A stretch of DNA of 64,000 nucleotides from Eledone cirrhosa (taxonomy: Eukaryota): the NCBI GenBank assembly GCA_964016885.1, contig OZ024746.1, forward strand, positions 76,694,001-76,758,000, written 5' to 3'. The notes beneath the pieces are model-generated. The model saw only the letters and a program-made list of their open reading frames with translations, did no database searches and had not been told where the DNA came from. Position numbers and translations under genes: made by a program. Shown in pieces: positions 38,601 through 54,079 of the stretch. Numbering within the stretch: position 1 is the stretch's first letter; each line of letters begins with the position of its first letter.

Positions 38601-41600
38601 TCTTAGGACACAAGGATATGATGTACCTATTTGTGTATGTTGGCACCATTTTCACATTTACATTTCCATGTTAGCATGGGTTGGATGGGACTTTTGGAGA
38701 TAGTGGCTTACAGCTGGATAGTTGCCTTTTTGATGCCAACTTGTGGCTGTTGGAAATTTGTTTTAGCTGAGATCATTTCCCTTTGAACATGCAGTTCTAT
38801 TAGGACTGGGAATATGGAATAAGTTGCAGTTCACATCCATACAGCTTCAGCTGGCCTCCTACAATGTTGCATCTCATAGGGTTCTCGGGTGTTTTTAATA
38901 TAAGGATCCAGTCCTATGAAGTCTTGTTGAAGAAAATGTGCCACCTGGACCAGGAATCTAACCTATGATCTGGAAATGGGGCTCTGATTTTAACAGTAAT
39001 AGTTGAAGATAGTCTGATACCTACATTAGCCGGTCTAGCAATTATTTAGGTCACCTGATGGTTTTGAGATTGATAGTTGTTTTAATCGGCATTATCAACT
39101 AGATGATAAATTCATTCCTTGATGATTATTATGGCAGCTTTTGATAGTTAAGATTTATCTGTAAAGTGATATTTCAATCTCGTGTCTAAACTTTTATCAG
39201 TTTATATTTTTGTCCAGTGTATATTGGCTTATCTACTAGCTTTATAGGATGATGTATAGATTATATAATTTAATTTTGTTTGATTAGAAATGACCCCAAT
39301 ATGTTAAAATAGCTTAGATTAGGCATGGCAAACCTATGGCATATAAAAATATCTTGTCATGTGGGAGGGATACTCTTTTATCAGTTTCAGTCAGTCATAT
39401 ATGATGGGTTTTTTGTAAGTATTCAAATAACTGTTCCAGTAATCTGTTCAGTTTATTCAACAATGACTAGCAAAATTTAACCTGTTGACCTTTTAGGCCA
39501 ACATTCTAATTAGTCATCAAAATGGGGAAAAAGTACATTGTTACTGAAGTGTTTTAAGATGATTGTCTAACTTTAAACTAGTTACTATGATATACTGTTA
39601 TGGACTATTTACCCAATCTTATGTATTTGTCAGTGATGAACACTCGTCAGACATCTTACTAACAATGTGCATTGTTAAAGGCTGGACTTGAACACATTCC
39701 TAATTGAGAAGATAAATACAAGTGTTTTTACACTTTTAATACCAATCTGACCCATTCTGGTTCTGTGAGAAAAAAAGCACTAGTTTTAAAGGTTTACTAT
39801 TTATATTAAAACCTTGCAACATAATTTAAGAACCATATCTTAATTTTCTAATTTACTTAATGAAATAATAATTAAGAATTTAGAGGGATTTACTAATTGA
39901 AATAGTGTATTTAATTTGAAATTGGGTTAAAGCCATTTGCACTTCTAAATAACCACTGTACTTGCTTCAGAGAAATGAAAAGCTAAAGTTATTCCTTTGT
40001 GGTTGTATTAAGGCATCCTATTATAAAGTCATATTTTTCTATGGTTAAATTTGCTGAATAATTCCACCCATGACATGTTAAACAATGTCAAAATTCAGTT
40101 CTTGATAATCTTATCATTATTTTACTTTTACAATTGGACTTTGTTACTGTATCTTAACCTTTGTCCATCAGCTTAAGTTGTAACACTTTTATCAGTTACC
40201 TGCGGCTCTATTTTATTTTATAAGCAGCTTATTTCTAAGTTCATACGTTTAGCTTTAACATGGATCCTTGGCCTTCCATAAAAACTTATGTCTACAAACT
40301 CTTGTCTTTGGTATTAACACGCAATGGTGAGTTTCACATGTCTAACTCATAATCTTGTTACATAACTATTTGAAAGAAATAGTTCTTAATGTATTTTTTT
40401 TTTTTTTTTAGTGAGATATATAATGTTTGCCTTAGTATGTTGTTTTATTGCAGTAGAATGATGGTGTTTTAGATAAATATAAACACTTAAAATCCTTTCA
40501 ATATCAGTTCTCCTGAAAAGTCCTGTTTCTACAATTCAAAACTGATACATTTAAGATATATTTAAATATATTTCATCGTATTTTTTATGAAAAATTGAGA
40601 TTTTGCTGAACCACTTCTGAGTCTTAGATTTTTCCAAATGAAAACGTGCAAGCAATAGATTTTTAGAAATATAGTCACAAAAGTTTGAAATAAACAATTT
40701 TATATCATGGAACCAGGGGCGGTTTCAGGCAATTGGTATCAAGGTTTAAACAAAATCTGAAGTTTTTAATATTCAGTACATTGTCAACTGAACTTTTCTA
40801 TTGGTTTTTAGAAAAGCTCTGTATTGTATTGATGTATGGAGTTTTATCATGAGACTAATGGAAACTGAGTATCATGTATAGATGAAATATAAAACCTGAA
40901 AGTTTTTAGTACAATTTGCATTAAATTAGCTTTAAATTACAGCTTTTATTCATATTCTTTTGACATGTTTATATGTTAATTCAGTGAAGGCATGTAACCT
41001 AGTGGTTAGGGTGTTACTCAAAATGAGTTGTGGGTTTTAACAAGGTTGTGTGGCTCGTTCTTAAATAAGACAGTTCATTTTATGTTGCTTTTCATGATAG
41101 GATGGGGACCTTTATCATTAAAACGCCCAAGAAATATCAAAATTAACCTTGTAGGAGGCGAGCTAAACCTACATAGGTATGAGCTGTAATGGCAGCATAT
41201 AACATCTGTTTTAAAGTGTTCATATTTACATGAAAATAATGTTCCAAACACCAGCTTTACAATAAGTTATAGTATTAAATCCCCACGAAATTATTTTTAA
41301 AAATGATTTGAAAATCTTTGGTAGTGTCATGCATTATAAGTATGGTAATAAAAGGGTTAGTGTTCAATATTTTTTATTTCATGGCTCTTCAGAGAGTAGT
41401 AGTGAAGTATTAGACATTGTAGAAGGCCAGTGTTTAGTGTTGTCAATTTGTTCTTTTTCAAATATTTTAAATTATACTTAAAATAAAAACTAGTCATGTA
41501 CTGGGATCAATTCAATTGATTCCTCTCCTACATAACTGTGACTGTATTTCAAATTATCTTGCCTATGCCTGCAAAATACTATTTATGAGTTAAGTAATTG

Positions 41601-42080
41601 AGGGCTCTTCAGTTTTGTCTAGGACACAAACTCTCTAGCGTTGTTACTACGATAAAATGCACCCAGTATACCCTATAAAGTAGTTGGCATTAGGAGGAGC
41701 ATCCAGCTATAGAACTCCTACCAAACAATTGCAGCCTCTTCAGTTGTCAAGGACCTGCTGTTCTTAGTGCCGATAAAAATCCATCCTGTGCACCCTGTAA
41801 AGTGGTTGATGATATAAAGGGCTTCCGGCTGTCAAAATTGGAACATACATTAGCAAGATATGGCCTTTGGTCTGTTTGGGACGACTAACATTTGGTCTTT
41901 GGCGACACATCCACTGCGTACCAGCATGGAATAATGAACATGAAATAATTGTGCTATTAAAAGAATACTTTTTTTTATTTTTTTATTATTTTACTCTTAT
42001 TTTTCGCTGTATTTCTAATTTCCATTGTACCACCTTTTCCCAAGCAATCACAACCACATATCTCACAATACTTCATATAA

Positions 42081-42200
<120 letters not shown>

Positions 42201-43944
42201 TAAGTATGATTCCAGTGAACATTAACGCAAATTAAATTTTTTCTTCATATTGCCTTTTAGACTAGTAGTTTCCTAACATATTTTGTCATGGACTCTATAC
42301 CTATATATGACAATCCACCATCTCTGATTTTAACAGAACATTAAATGAAACAAATTGTTTTAGAGAGAATATATTCATATAACAAATTTATTAACTTCAG
42401 ACATTAACTTGAAATATTTAACTTTTACATTGAAATAATTTGGGCACAAAGCCAGCAATTTGAAAGGAGAAATTTAATTAAATTGATCCAAATGCATTAC
42501 TGGTATTTTTATCGAGCTTCCCCGCTCCATAAGGATGAAAGGCAAAGCTAACCTCATGATTTGAACTTGGAACGTAAAGGGATCTAATTACACTGCACAG
42601 CATGTTATGCAACACTCTACCGATACTGCCAGTTCTAAAATTAAGTTATATGAATTTAGTAAAATTAAAATTAAGACACTTATCTTGTGGGATACCAAAC
42701 ATTTTTCATGAAACCTACTTTGAGAACCACTACTGTAAAGGACTATACACCAGTGAATGGTATATAGACCATTGAATGAAGACAGGATTTGAATGCAAAA
42801 CAGGGCTTATGCTAAATATTTAGTCTAGTGCAATAAAATGCACTCACTACACTTTGTAAAGTGGTTAGTGATGGGAAGGGCATTCAGCTGCAGAAATCAT
42901 GCCAAAACCAGAACGTATATAAAGACATGACCTCCAGTTCATCCTAGGCCAGCAAGGGAAAATGATTATTATATTTCACACTGTTAAACCATTGCACTCA
43001 GATTTGTATTACAATGAAAAACTATTGATTTAAGTTAATTTAGATGAAGACTGTTGAAGCCCAACTTTGCTACATTATAACGGCATCTTACAAATTCAGT
43101 ATTATGAGATCCTACCTAGGTTTATTTTGCTTTTCATTCTTTCAGAGTTAAGTACCAACCAGAGCATCAACTGAGATGCTTTGCCATATCTTTCAGCTCT
43201 GTTCATTCTGAACTCAAACCCCACCTATCACTGGAGAAAAGCGAACATTTCGGATGCTAGTAAAAAAAGTTAGGAAGACCTTTAGCAAGTGCTCAAGTAT
43301 TTCAGTCGATCATTCTCAATGCCAGCACACCAGCTGGCAGAAGAGAATGCAAGAAGACTTTCAAATCCTGCACTCTGATCGTCGGTGGCGTCCAATTCTA
43401 GCTTGGATTGGTTGGGTTTTCATTGTCTGAGACTAGATAGGTTGGAGAGACCTCATGTTCCATATTTGGTATTGTTTCTATGATTGGATACCCTTCCTAA
43501 CACCAACTACGTCAGTGTACAAGTGTTCATTTTGTCATAGCATCAGATTAAGACATGACCATATTTCTAATGAAATACACTATTTCAATTAATGAAGAAT
43601 TTGGAGGGATTTACTGTTATTATTTCATTAGTAAGATAGTAACCAAACAGATGTTTTTTATATAAAATTACTAGCTGGCTCCATGCTGTAAAAAATGTCA
43701 GCTAATTGTAATATTTTATATATAAAAAGGGTACAAAGCCAAGTTTTTAGTTTAATAATTCTATCACTAACTTTTTTGCAGATAAACTATCCATAACTAA
43801 CATAAATGACCAAGACATCTTGGTGCGCAATAAATATATATTTATATGTATAAATAAGTATATAGATATAATCACAAACACTCACAAGTATAAATATATC
43901 CATACATGCACGCGCACAAACAATAACAAACAATAACTAATAAT

Positions 43945-44352
43945 AATTATTATTATTCCTACTTTTGGCACAAGGCCAGCAATTATCCTAGCGCATTACT
44001 GGTACTTTATTTTATCGACCCTGTAAGGATGAAAGGCAAAGTTAACCTCGGCGGAATTTGAACTAAGACCGTAAAGGGAGGTAACTCTATGCTACAAAGC
44101 ATGGTGCCAGACCCACTATCGATACTGCCAATCCACCGCAAACTCAATAATAAGGCCAGAAATTTGGGAGGAGAGGAAAAGTCGATTAAATTGACCCCAG
44201 TGCGTGACTAGTACTTTATTTTATCGACCCCCGTAAGGATGGAAGGTAAAGTTAACCTCGGCGGAATTTGAACTCGGGTCACAAAGGGCCGTAATCTATG
44301 CAGCAAAACATGGTGTCCGACCCTCTACAGATACTGCCAATCCATCGCAAAC
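43945..44352 (-). mobile_element. Two tandem SINE family 1 copies
   Basis: Same core at about 43970-44145 and 44150-44352. Confidence 0.8.
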
Positions 44353-44946
44353 TCAATAACAGCCAATGTGTAGCCAATTCACTACATATACACACAAGTG
44401 TAACGAATCTTAGAATGCTGGTCACTGTTTTCTATAGTTTTATCATCGCTCCCTTCCTTCCTCAGTCATCTCCCTTTCAGTGAGTGACGGATAACTATAT
44501 AAATAAATATACACACATTCGCTATTATAATTATTTGAAGATCCTGATTAAAATAGGAATGCTTTAAAATGGGTGGTTTTGTTTCTTAGAACCAGAGCCA
44601 ATTTTGGTTGAATTAGTATTAAAAGTGAAGAATTTTGAAGGATTTACTAAAATTATTGCATTAATAAAATGGTAACATAATAGCTGGCTTTTATATAGAA
44701 GTGTGTTGGATGATTAAAAAAAAATTAAATAGGAACCATTTAAAATGGTTAGTTTTGTTTCATCGCATCGGTGAGGATTTTAAAAAATGTATTGGAAATT
44801 TGTTTGGTACTAACTACTATAGTGCACTCAAATTCAGTATGTGAAAGCTCATGAAGTTGTGGCTTTCATTCCCCAACTGGCCAGTGTGTTCTGTTTTTGA
44901 GCAAGACATTGCATTTCATGGTAAGATAGGAACCACTATCATTTAA

Positions 44947-45252
<306 letters not shown>

Positions 45253-46197
45253 TGACCTTGTGGTCAGGATGCTGGATTCCTGATCATTAAGGCCATGTGT
45301 TCAATTCCTAGACCAGGCAGCACATTCTTCAGGAACAGTGCACTTCAATTCACAATGTTTTTCATGATAGGACTTGGCCCCTATCATTAAAATACCCTAG
45401 AAACCTCCTTTGAGATACCTTGTAGGAGGTCAACTAAACCTGAATAGGTGTGAGCTGTAAATTTCATTGCAGTTTTTTTCTTTTTAGGACAAGGGTCCCG
45501 GTTATTTAAAACTCCTGAGAAACTTTTAATGAGATTCAACCTCTTAGGAAACCAGCTAACTCTTACATAGGTGTGAGTTATTTCATAAGCAAGATGCAGA
45601 TCCCTGGCTTGTCTAGAGGAACCAGTAGCCACTGCTTCAGTACTGACTTGGTCTATGTACACCTGTCTAACCGTTGCTAGCAGGGAAAGCAGATGTTAAA
45701 ACAATGATTTTTCTATTTGTATATGGTCTATAATCTTCACTGCAATTGATTTGTGCTGTATTCACAAGGCCCATTTTTAACCATTTAAGAACACACAAAA
45801 AGTGTTGTTCATTTTTCTGTTTCTTGAGATGTCAAAATAGAGACTTGGAGCACCCTCTTCCCTCATTTTATGATGTATAGTAATTTGACTTTTAACATGG
45901 TTGGCACATTAGCCAGTTTTAAGTTCAATTTCTTTTTCTCCCACTACGAAGGCATATGTCCTAGTGGTTAGTGGTGGATTCACAATCAAATGGGCATTCC
46001 TTTAATTCCTGGATTGGGCAGTGCATTGTGTTCTTGAGCCAAATACTTTTTCATGTTGCAGCTGGCAGTGTCAACAATGGAAACAGTTTTGTTGGTCTGA
46101 TCTGACATTCAGCTAATTTTTTTCCTCTCATTATCTGCATTGCATATTTCTTAAATTTCACTACCAAATACTTTTTTTTTATGGTGGGACTGTTTTT

Positions 46198-46236
<39 letters not shown>

Positions 46237-47023
46237 CTGTTTGTTTGAAGTATGTTGGAAATATTTGCTTAGAGTCCATATCTAAGTTGATGTGTTTAAC
46301 CATGTAATTTTTTTTTTTATTGAAATAATTTCATAAAATTCTTGAAATTTGTGTCAGAGGAATTTTTGTTTATGCAACAAATTTTGTAGTGATTGCTAAT
46401 GTTAATTTTGAGATAAATATTTTTTGGAAAAACTGCTTAGACTGAGAATTTGGAATTGGGCAGCTGTCTTCTATTATAGCCCCAGATTGACCAATGTCTT
46501 TTAAAATTTGATAGGAAATTACAGGTGCAGAAGCCCATTACATGTGTAATGTAATGCGTGTGTCTGTTTTTATGCCATGTAACTTACCTGTCCAACAACA
46601 AAAAAAAGAATTGATAAAATAAGTACCAGGCTTGAGAAAATAAGTACTAGGGTACATAGGGTTGACTTTAAGGTAGTGGCTCAGCATGAACATAGTCTAT
46701 TAATTGAAACCAAAAAAAGAATATATGAAGGTATTCACAATAGTACAAGTCTTTACTTAACTCTTTTGCAGATTTTAATTTTTCTAGTGATGTTTACAAC
46801 CAGATTTCAGTTTGGGCTTTTTAGTTTTTTATTAGGAAAAACTCATTGTTTACCTTTCTCAATTATTTTCAAATTCCAATTTGATTTTTATCTTTATTAC
46901 TCCAAACGAATATACATAATCGCCATCATTTGTTGTGCATTTTCCTTGCTAGCAAGGGTTGGGCAGGCCAAGTTGGTACTTAATCAGAGATACTGACCTC
47001 TGTCAGACTGGGCGCCTGCATCT

Positions 47024-47098
47024 CACTTACCTACATCCCACTTACCTACATCCCACTTACCTACATCCCACTTACCTACATCCCACTTACCTACATCC
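47024..47098. repeat. 15-bp tandem repeat, 5 copies
   Basis: CACTTACCTACATCC repeated five times. Confidence 0.95.
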
Positions 47099-47479
47099 CT
47101 GCCCTCTAGGGTGCTTTATATCATGGCGCCAGCACACGGGAGGTAGTTATGTCTTTGACACAACTGAAAAGCCCTCTTGACCCTTTGTATGACATTTTCT
47201 ATGGCTCGATACCCTTCTTATACATGTACAGATTTAAGCTATTTTGGGCAATCTAGCAGATAAACACTTACCTAATATAAGAGGATAGTGGGATTTAAAG
47301 AAATGTATATATAAATGCGACATTTATAGATGTAACAAATATTTTTCAAATTTCGAAAATGTTTACAATATCACATCTGAGAAAAAAATACTTTGGGGGC
47401 GAGAGAAATTGGAAGGGAGCAAACTCTACATCATTAGCTGTATGGTTTTTATTTAAAAAAAATATTTGTAAAATTAATT

Positions 47480-47637
47480 CAGGTAAAATTCTATTATAAG
47501 GATCCCCCCCCCCCAAATCCCCGAGGTAATAACAAACAAACGCTCGATTTGTTTCGGTTGATCTCGTTATAAAGAATTTTTCATTACATCAAATTTTTTG
47601 TAAACCCCGTGAATTTCGTTATAACAGAATTTCATTG
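47480..47637. mobile_element. Possible pogo/Tigger-like MITE
   Basis: Imperfect TIRs CAGGTAAAATTCTATTATAAG / CGTTATAACAGAATTTCATTG|TA. Confidence 0.4.
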
Positions 47638-47774
47638 TATAACACAAGACTTGTGTTGATTAAATTTAACTAACGTCCTGGTTAGATGTAAAAAAAAAAA
47701 AAAAGTTTTCAATTTATGCTAATGCAGGTTTAAGTTACCTTTCATAAGTTTCATGGGTGTTTTAATTAGGTCCC

Positions 47775-48631
47775 CAATTCAGAGAGCTTATACCACTATT
47801 GGCCGCTAAAGGGTTCTCTCTAAAAATGAAAGGCAGGCTGTATGATGCCTGCATACGAACAGCAATGTTACATGGCAGTGAGACTTGGGCATTGTGTGCC
47901 GAGGATATACGTAGACTGGAGAGGAGCGAAGCTTGCATGCTCCGCTGGATGTGTAACAGTAATGTACGTGAACGGCAAAGCATAAACGAACTAAGGGAGA
48001 AATTAGGAATAAGAGAGATCAGATGTTGTTTACTCGAGAGAAGATTACGTTGGTATGGTCACGTGATGCGCATGAAAGACGACAGCTGTATAAAAAAGTG
48101 CAGGGCGATAAAAATAGACGGTAGCCACGGAGTAGGCAGACCCAGAAAAACCTGGGACGACTTGATAAATTTCGACCTCACACACTTACACCTCTCCAAG
48201 ACAATGTCACTGGACCGAGATCTTTGGCGCTACAGAGTAACACAGAAGACCCGCCTTGCCTAAGTACAAAGCGAAACCTACAGTCAGTAGGCACCTCTAA
48301 CAAAAATACCCGCGTTCCACTACCCCCCACCCCATCCACACCACCCCCTTCAATGTAAAGTTATGTTGGTACCACAACATCCAGTCCGAAATAAATGAGG
48401 TCGTGTAGGTGTCACAACAAAAAAACAGTCCACGCTGTAATGTGGCCGTGTAGGTAACACGGTAAAAACCTCCCAGTCCACTGTAAACGTAGTTGGTGTT
48501 AGGAAGGGCATCCAGACGTAGAAAACCTGCCAGACAGTCCTATACGAGCAAGACAACCAATCTTGCTTCAAGTGGGAAAATTCCCGTCCAGACCCATGCA
48601 AGCGTGGAAGATGGACGTTAAACGATGATGA
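47775..48631 (+). mobile_element. RTE-clade LINE 3' fragment with 3' UTR, in REEP5 intron 3
   Basis: ORF 47799-48263 (KGRLYDACIRTAMLHGSETW...RLRWYGHV...GRPRKTW); ends GGACGTTAAACGATGATG. Confidence 0.92.
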
Positions 48632-50551
48632 ATCTTATGAAATGCAACATGAAATGAGGCATTTGGTTAAAAATACAATGCACTTTCTAGGCCAGGAATT
48701 GTACCCAGAACCTTATTGTGAGCCCAACACCCTAACCACTAGGCTATGCACATTCACACTGATTAGATAAGGCTAGGCTAATTGGTCGAAAACATTCTAG
48801 AAATCTTTTTCCCTTTGAACATTTTTTAAAATTCAGTATATTTGTGGGGAAATATACAAACAGTTAGCAGAAATTTGTTCAGGCAATTTTCTTATAGTAA
48901 TTTTATCCATTATAAATATTATCTGTGATTATAATGCCAAACTGATGCTTTTAAAGTTTTGATTAAGATTCTGGGCCTTTTTCCAGTATTTAACTCTAAT
49001 GTCCCTTACTGCATGAAACTACATTAGCAAGACTTTCTTGAAAAGTATAAAGCAGCAGTGTCTGCATCACATTAAAAATTGTCTTTACTTTAATGATACA
49101 CATTTTCACAACTATCTGTCCACTAGTAAGGATACTATAAACATTTGAATTAACCTATATTTAGATATTTTCTGCTAAATCATTACAAGATGTTAAGACT
49201 TAAAACCTCTCTCTGAGATAGGTACTTTCTTTGAAATGCTTTCAGTACCTTGTTCTTTCATATTTGGTTTCTTGTGAATGAGTCAAATTAATTAAAATTC
49301 TAAGATTAAAGCAAATAGTAATTGTATTTGGCTAGTATTTAGGAAGAATCATTATTAATCTCCTCTTAAAGTGTCTATCATTTTTCAAAATACAAATAAA
49401 AGGATAGTTTCAACTGGTATAATTCAAATCTAATTTACATGACTGGCCAGGGTTTTGCTCCCATGGCTAACTGACCATCAGTTTGCCTTTCCAAACCACA
49501 AAACCATGCATGCCAGTCACCCCTGTGTGATACAGATGTTGTCCATGGGAAAGGCAAAGGCTGACACAGTTTGGTACCAGTATCATTGCAACAGCTGAAT
49601 AGAACTAGAGCAATGTGAAATAAAGTTTCTTAATCAAGGAGATGCTGCCTGGTCCAGGAATCCAACTCACAACCTTTATGATCATGATCCCAGCACCCTA
49701 ACCACTAAGCCACATGCTTTAATATTTTTTATGCAGATTGCTTGTATTATTTCTATGATTATGTCTTGTTAACTCTTAACATCCTGTAATGATTTAGCTG
49801 AAAGGATGAAGGCTTTGCTTTTTCATGTGATGCAATCATACTGCTGTTTTGTACTTTTTAAGATTGTCTTGCTAATGTAGTTTTATGTGGTACAAGATGT
49901 TAACATTCTTGCTTTTTACTTGTTTCTCCAATAAATTTGTGCATTTAATCTTTGTACATATTTGATGTCCTAGTATTTTGTATTTTTTTAAAAATGTAAC
50001 ATAGATTCAAGTGAAGGTAAGTGACATTAAGATTTGTGTATTAAGACAAAGGGGGAAAACAAACACCTACATATATCAGACAATTTAACTGTTTGTTTTG
50101 TTTTTTCAGTCTTCTGACAGGTTTCTTCATGGTGCCAACCCATTCCTAACTTCTCTTTTTTTAAATTTTTTTTATTTAAGATCAGCATGATATTTTTGGT
50201 CCAAATCAGAATTGATCTCTTATTCTGAAATTAAAGCAAACTTGATGGATTTTGGGGGGCTATTTTCTTGTGGTTTTGTCAGTCTATTTTGGTAATGCAT
50301 ATGGACATGGGTTTTGCTGGGCATATAGTGCATGCAATTATTTCTGGTGTAGGAATCTTTTTATTACATTTCAAAACTTTATTTCAATTGTTTTAGACTG
50401 GTTTGTATTCTGCAAAATGTCTTTTTTTTTTTTTAATTTTCAATAATTTTTCAAGTGATCTAAGAATCTGTAGGATTTAGTAATATAACTTTGTAATTAT
50501 TTAACTGGTGTGTTTGGAACATAAATGTTCTTGTGTAAAATTATGGAAATC

Positions 50552-50582
<31 letters not shown>

Positions 50583-52212
50583 GTATATACACTTTAACTC
50601 ATGTACCATATGAAAATGTACTAGTAAAAAGTTCTTGAAAGTACAAAACACCACTGACTGCATTTCATGATAAAGTAACTCTCATACTACAATACAGTAT
50701 ACAGTAAATGCACTTCACTTCCAGTTTTGGCATGGTTACTACTGCTGGATACCCTTCCCATCATCAACCACTTTAGTGCCTATACTAGGTGCATTTTATC
50801 AGTGTGGTACTTTAAATCACAATTAGTTTCAATGAAGTTCACTAAAGCATATTTTGAATGTCTTATTAGTGTTTAGGAGTGAGTTTTCTATTTAATGAAG
50901 ATAGAATTTGAGAATTGTATATTTAATGTAATTTGTGATGTCAATATTATGTACTAGACTTTTTCTAGTGTAAGCATATATTTGGTTTCTTGTTGGATGA
51001 CCAATGAAATTTAAACAACTTATCTTTGCTAAAGGTATCAAGTTAACTTTGACCTTTTTCTGATTATATTTCTAATTACATTCTCAATTAATAAATAATT
51101 TTATCATTAAGCTGGTGTTTGGTTCTTGCATAGAATTGTTAGATTTAAAAAAAAAATTTTTTTTAATTTTTTTTTTTTAGATAAATATAAACATTTTAAC
51201 AGTTTTGTAATGTAGAACCAAGGGTGATTTCAGGTGGTTGAAGATAACTAATTTAAATTTGTAACTTTTGAAAACACTTTTTTCCTTTGTTTGAAATTCT
51301 ATTCATATTGTAAGATGACTGTAACGTACTATAACGATTTAGTAGAAAATATCAAAACAGTCTTTAATTCACATGTTTCTAGTATCTTTACCACTGGATA
51401 AATTATTGGGAAAAGTTGCAGTAAACTAAAGTCTTTAATTTTAATTGAGTTGATTGAAACCTGAGTGCAGTTTTCTACTTTGGAAGAATGTTTTGCTGAT
51501 GCAGTTTCATGCAGTACATGATACTAAAAGAGAAAATGTGTATAATTATAGAAAATTTAAATTTATTATCAAGCTTCCTTTATCATTAAAGAATTTGTTT
51601 ATCTTTATTAGCAGGGAGAGCTTTACCTATTGTTTGAACAGTTGTTTTTATAGCTGAAGGTGTGTGGCTTAGTAGTTAGGCTGTTTGACCCCTGAGCTTG
51701 AGTTCTATTCCTGGTGGTATGTTCTCCTTAAAGTTTATTTGATGTTATTCCAGTCCACTCAGAAGGCAAAAAAGTTAACCTGAAGTTAAGTATCATACTT
51801 ATCACACTGTCATACTTATTTTCCTTGCGAATTACATTAAGGGTGCACATCTCTGTGAAATGCACTTGCATGTTAACTTCATAAGCAGGCTGTTCTGTTG
51901 TTCAAACAATTAGAACACTTGTTGGAACTGACATGTCCAATACGTACATAGCTGAATGGTCTTGCATTCAACTAGACTGTATTGAAAGCAGATTAGGCAC
52001 TTTGTCAGAGGAGGCACCAAATAAATTAACCCATAGCCATGTAGTTGGCAACTGGCACTGTTTAATCTCAGTAATTGTGAAATTTTACCTTGATATTGTC
52101 TTCATTAAATTGGCTCTGAAAACACTTTAATTTGTAGATAAGAACTATTAACAGGTAAAAATGTATGGCAAACACTTACATTTTCGCCTTAGTAATTTAG
52201 ATTGGGTAAGGT

Positions 52213-52483
52213 GGCAGATCAGTAGTCATTAGAACATCAAATAGAATGGTTTGTGCCAGCTCTCTGTACTGGCAAATCAGTAGTCATTAGAACACCAGAT
52301 AGAATGGTTTACAGTATTTGTGCCAGCTCTCTGTACTGGCAAATCAGTCATTAGAACACCAGATATAATGGTTTACAGTATTTGTGCCAGCTCTCTGTAC
52401 TGGCAAATCAGTCATTAGAACACCAGATAGAATGGTTTACAGTATTTGTGCCAGCTCTCTGTGCTCTAAGTTCAAATTCTGCC
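52213..52483 (+). repeat. 58-67-bp tandem repeat, 4 copies, probably from a SINE head
   Basis: Units start at 52213, 52271, 52338 and 52402; the last runs into B-box-like AGTTCAAATTCTGCC. Confidence 0.85.
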
Positions 52484-54010
52484 TCCCTTTGTCAAGAGTT
52501 ACACTCGGCAATTGGTTTCAGCAATGAAAAGACTAATGGGAATGTAACTTTCTTGGGACAATCTGATCCTTTACTTTTTATCATTATAGGAAATTGATAT
52601 TATGATCAAGCTAAGAATGATTTAAGAGGATTATCAGTATTAGCCATTTTATTTGTTCTGTAATTATGGTTGAGCATTTTTATTTCTTAAAAATTATAAA
52701 CTGCTTTATTAGAAATTAGTGTTCCTGTCTTGGTTGTTATAATCATATTTTGACTGTTGCAGCTTCTGGCACTTTTCTGGTGTCTGTTTCATTCAGTAAT
52801 GTACTTTGAATAAAGAGTTTGGTTCAAAATTCCAACGGGGGCAATTTAGAGTTTCATTGTTTTGCATGCCTGGGATGTCCTTGTATTATCCTTATTTTAA
52901 TTATTTTTTTTGTCATTTGTTCCATTTAAACCCTTTGATACTAACTTGGCCCAAACCAACTTTCGTTCTATGAAGCTAAACCACCCATTTTATATAAAAA
53001 CCCTTTGTTACTTTGTTACAAATATCATCATTTAACATGTTTTCACTGCTAACAATGGTTGGACAAGATGTTGCATACAATGTCAGTACTTAAACAGTAC
53101 TGACCTTTCAGATTGCATCTAACATGCATTTCGGTATTTTATCTCTAGAGTTCCCCTCAATGCTTTTCACGGCACCAACATTAGAGAAGTTGTCAGTCTT
53201 TGACTAGACTGAAGAGCTCTCTTTATCCTATAGGGGCAAAAAGGAGTATGCACTGGGTGGAGGATAGGTATGTCATGGTTGTATGATGTGTAGTGAAGGA
53301 AGTGGGGTAAGAAAGTATGTGAAAGGTGTATGATGGGTGTATTGGGATTTGACAAGGTGATGAGGGAATGGTGCTGTGAACAGATAACTAAGGAGTTATG
53401 GCTAGTTCATTAAGATTTAAACAGGGTAGTGTGATGTACAGTGGTGATAGTTACTTTGGGTGGATAGGTTGTCACATTTTTACATTGTTGGGTAGATCTT
53501 TAATGATTCAAACCAGTAAAAGAATGAAATAATAGTTTTAGTAAATCCCTCCTAATTCTTCAGTGAGTCATTAGAAATGTGGTAATGAAAGGATTTTGCT
53601 TGAGTATATATACATCGACCCTAGGATTGAACTCATGACTAACAAATTAATGTACATAAGGAGGGATTATACTAACATCTTATCATGTCACCAGCATTAG
53701 AGATTGTTCTGCTCTTGGTAAGACTAAAATTTGCTCTCTACCCTATATTGTCTCCATTCAGTCACCAACCACTTTACTGAGTGCACTGGGTACCTTACAG
53801 TATCAGAAACGCAAGGTTGTCTGCAACAGGACTGAGACTTCTCAACCATATATGGTCTCAGCTTGGGGTGTCTTTATGGAAACTTTTGAAAATGGTTGAG
53901 TTTCACCTGGTAACGATTTTCAAGATCTGATTGTATGGGAAATGACAAAGCCTGTGTGAATTCAATGTCATAGGCTTGTGTCAAGCTGGGACAAATTTTA
54001 AAAAGATCTT

Positions 54011-54079
54011 CAACTGTCTACATTCTAGTTAAGGTACACGCCTTAAGTCTGCTACCTTAGACCACTTTGCCATCCTGAC
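54011..54079 (-). pseudogene. Retroposed 5' half of tRNA-Leu (CAA-type) with TSD
   Basis: GTCAGGATGGCAAAGTGGTCTAAGGTAGCAGACTTAAG versus canonical GTCAGGATGGCCGAGTGGTCTAAGGCGCCAGACTCAAG; flanked by AAAGATCTT at 54002-54010 and 54080-54088. Confidence 0.7.
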
